Shown: positions 34,880-38,656 of the stretch, piece after piece
Position numbering within the stretch: the stretch's first letter is position 1
Layout: each line of letters starts with the position of its first letter
Source: Trypethelium eluteriae
Lineage: Eukaryota
Assembly: GCA_051942245.1 (NCBI GenBank)
Contig: JAVECL010000184.1
Location: forward strand, 1 to 38,656
Length of the DNA stretch: 38,656 nt
Direction of reading: 5' to 3'
Notes under the pieces: generated by a model
What the model was told of the DNA's origin: nothing
Seen by the model: the letters and a program-made list of their open reading frames with translations, nothing else
Databases searched by the model: none
Translations under genes and position numbers: made by a program

Positions 34880-35790
34880 TTGCTAACGATACTCGTGCGA
34901 GTTTTCAGACGCAGTGATACTGGAGAGATCTGCAAGCCCTAGACCTGATGCTCTGCAAGGGCTGCGAACGACGTAGATATCATGTTGGTAATCATTTATG
35001 CGCGCATCACTTCCACAAGGTCGATATCTCAGAAACCTGATGGAAGTCAGAGTGCGTCATCATCGGATCTGAAAAAGATTCGACAAGGCATGAAGATATC
35101 AGGTGCCTTCTCACTGCTTCAGATATACTTTGTGTAGATGAGACGTTTCGTATTGTTGATATGAGGGTTTCCTTGCAGTAGAAGAGTATCTCTGTAAAGA
35201 ATAAAAGCTCGGCTTTGTTTCTGATAGAAAGACTTGTTACACTGTGGAGCTTCATTCGCGAGCAACCACCAACACGCACTTCGGTGAAACAATTGAATGA
35301 TTCGGGTTCCAAATGCTGCAGAGGGTAGCAGTTGCCTGGGACTCGATCTGTCTCTACGTTTTCTAGATGGAAGGAAGGCGTTCTCCCCAGAGGTATGTCC
35401 ACCAGCGTGACGGGAACAAGCTGCTTTACTGTCCCTTCTTTCGTCCACCTCTTGCATCCAAAGACATACATATAAATATAGATACTACGAATGAATAGAC
35501 CCCTTGAGACACCGGCGCTTGGACAACAGAACTAGGAGAGATATTTCACCGGTTCATTTGATATTGAAGACGAGGTGCAGAAATCTCAAGAAGAGATGTG
35601 ATAGAGGCGATTGGCTACTATTTCCAAGACCATACGGCGCAAGTGAATGTTCTAGGCTATACATTCGCACACTACGGTTCTGCCTACGTATGCAAACGTC
35701 CAAGAGCAACGCTGACTGTGCTCTTGGTATTGTAGCTGGGGATTAACTTGTTCATTTTTACAGAGATCCAGCCTCTCTTTTTTTGAAAAA
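34880..35790 (+). pseudogene. Possible decayed intron-containing gene, unidentified
   Basis: Splice-like signals (GCTAAC..CAG near 34882-34908; GTATGC..GCTGAC..TAG near 35688-35735) flank protein-like frames broken by stops. No recognisable motif. Confidence 0.25.
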
Positions 35791-35829
35791 TCATTCGCCA
35801 CTTTGTGCGATAGCGTTATGAAGATTTGT

Positions 35830-36364
35830 TTAGTCCGGGTCCCTTTCCCACGGTTTCTTCCGTTTAGCAGTTGAACTTTCGGTCTCTTGTCCGGTCAAGA
35901 CTGTATCCGGGATCTCTTTGATACCTGGAATTGGTTGTCCTGAGCTGATGAGCTCAACTACCTGCGCGAACGAGGCTGGATACGGAGCACTTTGTTCTTG
36001 ACCAGTTGACACAGTTGGTGCCTGTGCATTTTGTGTAGAAGGTATCTCTGACTCGTTTGTTCCGTTGGCAAGATCGAGGTTTTGTTGGCGCCAGGCCTTG
36101 TATCCATCAAAGTCTATATCACGATTGAATTTTCTATGTCAACGCTCAGTCAGATGCTCAACGATGCTCCAATACAAGGACGGACCTAGCATAGTAGAAG
36201 CAGCGAGCTCTTAATGTGAGCTCGGCTGCTTGCTCCGAAGAGGGGTTGGCTCCAAGAATTGCGTCTAGACCACTTTGAAAATCTTCGTCAGAATCCCAGG
36301 AGTAATTTTCTAACTGCTCATAAGTGATAAGAGCAGCTGGAGATTGGTCTGATGCCTCGGCCAT
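35830..36364 (-). CDS. pex39: KPWE-motif protein (PEX39/C6orf226-like peroxin), 160 aa; exons 36364-36186, 36133-35830
   Basis: Y.WDSDEDFQSGL..IL, RARCFYYARK....IDFDGYKAW, PYP.SFAQVVELI..GQPIPGIKEIPDTV and RKKPWE. A 52-nt intron (36185-36134) joins two short ORFs. Confidence 0.8.
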
Positions 36365-36689
36365 GGCTGTGAGGAAGGACAGAGTAAAGCACTGTGGTTG
36401 GAACTAAGGCATGTGAAGGATGGGTTCATGTCTGGGGTAGGTGGGTAGGTGGGTACCTAAGGTGGCTTTCCTGTGGCGGTGCGGTGCACACAATTATCGT
36501 ATCCTCGCCGCAGCTCCATCTCCTTCCCTTTTCCTCTTCCGTTCTACCACCTACACCTGCACTCACACGATCGCCAACCTCTCCATTCTCCACATTGCAG
36601 TATCCTTCCACATCCCTGCGCCTTTCTCTTACCAATCCAATTCACATTCTTTCAACTGCTCCTTTTGAGCAGTGCATCGACCTTTCGTC
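36365..36689. promoter_or_regulatory. Compact bidirectional promoter between pex39-like and scd6, containing (GGGTAGGT)2GGGTACC at 36435-36457
   Basis: 325 bp between divergent ATGs. A purine-rich half then a pyrimidine-rich half, as expected for two CT-rich leaders. Confidence 0.6.
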
Positions 36690-38656
36690 ATGTCCGAGTT
36701 TATCGGGTCAGTTCCAATTAGGCATCCCTGATATACCGCGCCCGGCGCACCTACTAACGCGTTTGTTCCAGATCACGGATATCTCTCATTTCCAAAAGCG
36801 ACATCCGGTTAGATACCTGCCCTTTTTCCAGAAGGGGATGATTGCTGACCCGTTTCTAGATATGTGGGTGTACTTCACGAAATCAACTCCGAAAACTCCT
36901 CCGTCGCGCTCGAGAACGTGAAGTCTTACGGCACGGAAGGTCGCAAGCAGAACCCAGAAGAAGAAATTCCCGCATCAGACAATGTCTACGAATACATCGT
37001 CTTTCGAGGTAGCGATGTGAAGGATCTTAGAATTGAAGAAGCGGCCAAAGAGAACAAACCTCCTCCACAAGTACCCAATGATCCCGCTATACTCGGGGTA
37101 AGCAATTATGTTCTCAGTCTTGAGCTCGCTTGCGTGATGAATTACTACGGATGTAAACCACTTCAGTCCTTCTGAATGCGCAAATCCATGTTGACATTTC
37201 CGTTGCCTTCCTTCTGACTACTTTATTTTTAATCCCTGGAATTCACTCAGCCTCGCACTCCAACATAGTCTGCTAACATATCATGTTATGCAGGCTGGTT
37301 CGCGGCCACAGGCACAGCGAGTCTCGCAGAACCAACAGAATCAGCAGTTCCGTCAGCCCCAGCAACAAACTTTTCCTCAACAACAGCAGTTTCCTCCTGG
37401 AGGTTACCCTCCTTTCCCACAGAACCCGCGCTTTGGTCCACCAGGAGGTCCGCATGGCTTTCCTGGAGCTCCTGGCGGTATTCCAAGCTACCCTGGCTTT
37501 AATGGCCCTCCTGGAGGTTTTGGTGGTCCTTCGGGCTGGGGTGCACCTGGCCAGGGATTTCCGAATCAAGGGCCATTTGCGCTTCAGAGTCCTCCTAACA
37601 TGCCGATAGGTCCACCAGGACAGCATCAACAAGATCAACGGATACAGCAGCCAACGCCAATTGGCACCATCGGCCAGAAAGATCAACGCCAGAATACCCA
37701 GTCACCAGCAAAACCTCAACCTTCCCCAGCTCCAGATGCTCAGTCCGCGAATAAAGCCACGGGCCCACCGTCCCAACAAGGACCACCACCTCCTGTCGAG
37801 TCGAAACCTGATGCTGCCTCTGCCCTCGCGCCTCCTTCCACCTCTACCTCTACCGCTCAACCAGCCGCAACTAAGACTGCACCTGCTGGGCCCCGAGGCA
37901 AAGGCGGCATTATCCCTGTCGTTCCTCTATCCGCGTCGAATATCGGTTCTAAACCTAATGCCCCTACTCCCTCTACCCAAGCCGTGGGCCAACCCTCTAC
38001 CGAAACCGCCACCGCTGCCGTCGCCGCTGCCATGGCCAAGCTCACAGCAGCATCCAATCAATCCGGCGCCGCTGGCACCAGCACCACAGCTCCAAGCGGC
38101 AAGCCCACTGCGCCAAAACCCACCACCGACGGCGACGCCATGCAGCACCTCGCGCAGAAAGTCAGCGAGATGCGCACTGATGCACACGCGCGCCAAGGTC
38201 GTGCCGGCTTTGGCGCCCCCCGCGGTCGGGGACGAGGACGCGGACGTGGTGGACACGATGCCGGCGTGGCGAGGAGGATCGAAGTGCCCAGCGACGACTT
38301 CGATTTCGAGAGCGCGAACAAGAAGTTCAACAAGCAGGATTTGGTCAAGGAGGCGATTGCGAGTGGGAGTCCGTTGGGCGGGGCGCCTCCTTCTGCTGAG
38401 GAGAATGGAGCGGCGGCCGGGACGAATGGCACGGTGGTGAAAGAGGCAGGGCTGGAGGGAGCGGAGAAGGACAAGGAGGATGTGGTGATTCCGGGAGCGG
38501 CGACGACGGCGATGTACAACAGGGCATCGAGCTTCTTCGATGATATCAGCAGCGATCTGAAGGATCGGGATGAGTCGAAAGTGGTGAATGGGCGCGAGAT
38601 GCGAAGTGAGGAGCGCAAGAAGAATTTCGAGACATTTGGACAGGGCAGTGTGGATG
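36690..38656 (+). CDS. scd6: Scd6/Lsm14/Sum2 mRNA decapping and P-body factor, 3' end outside the window; exons 36690-36706, 36772-36807, 36860-37097, 37294->38656
   Basis: Lsm14 domain MSEFIGSRISLISKSDIRYVG.L..I...V.SYGTEGR..YEYIVFRGSDVKDL, Q/P-rich linker, RG repeats, DFDFESANKKF, FFDDIS and ETFG boxes. Confidence 0.95.
37129..37220 (+). ncRNA. snR52: Intronic box C/D snoRNA, snR52-like (guide for the yeast 18S Am420 equivalent) with a second guide complementary to LSU rRNA
   Basis: C box GTGATGA 37134-40, D' CTGA 37172-75, C' ATGTTGA 37188-94, D CTGA 37214-17. The D guide GTTGCCTTCCTT is antisense to 18S AAGGAAGGCAGC. The D' guide CCACTTCAGTCCTT is antisense to the LSU GACTGAAGTGG region. 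Located in the 196-nt scd6 intron 37098-37293. Confidence 0.88.

Overview
Intron-rich genomic DNA from a filamentous ascomycete (Pezizomycotina; the class cannot be fixed from sequence alone). I built gene models by hand from GT..AG introns with CTRAY branch sites. Conserved genes: RNase H1, the complex I 78-kDa subunit, a secreted GH95 alpha-L-fucosidase, a Pth11-like membrane protein, PFK-2/FBPase-2, a BTB/POZ protein, a PMP47-type peroxisomal carrier, an Abp2-domain protein, a KPWE-motif PEX39-like protein and Scd6/Lsm14 (cut by the window end). There is also a stand-alone I9 inhibitor-like ORF, a head-to-head pair of accessory membrane genes (HeLo/SesA-like N-terminus plus TM helices; DUF6594-like plus TM helices) and decayed ORFs. 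Almost all introns are 43-74 nt, and three are much longer. One holds a TA-flanked 181-bp palindromic MITE (BTB gene). One holds a snR52-like C/D snoRNA (scd6). The third, the 291-nt last intron of the peroxisomal carrier, holds an unidentified ~160-nt structured element with Pol III A-box/B-box/T7 signals and two related internal units. That element is the best candidate here for something undescribed. Family assignments come from motif recognition, not from database searches.
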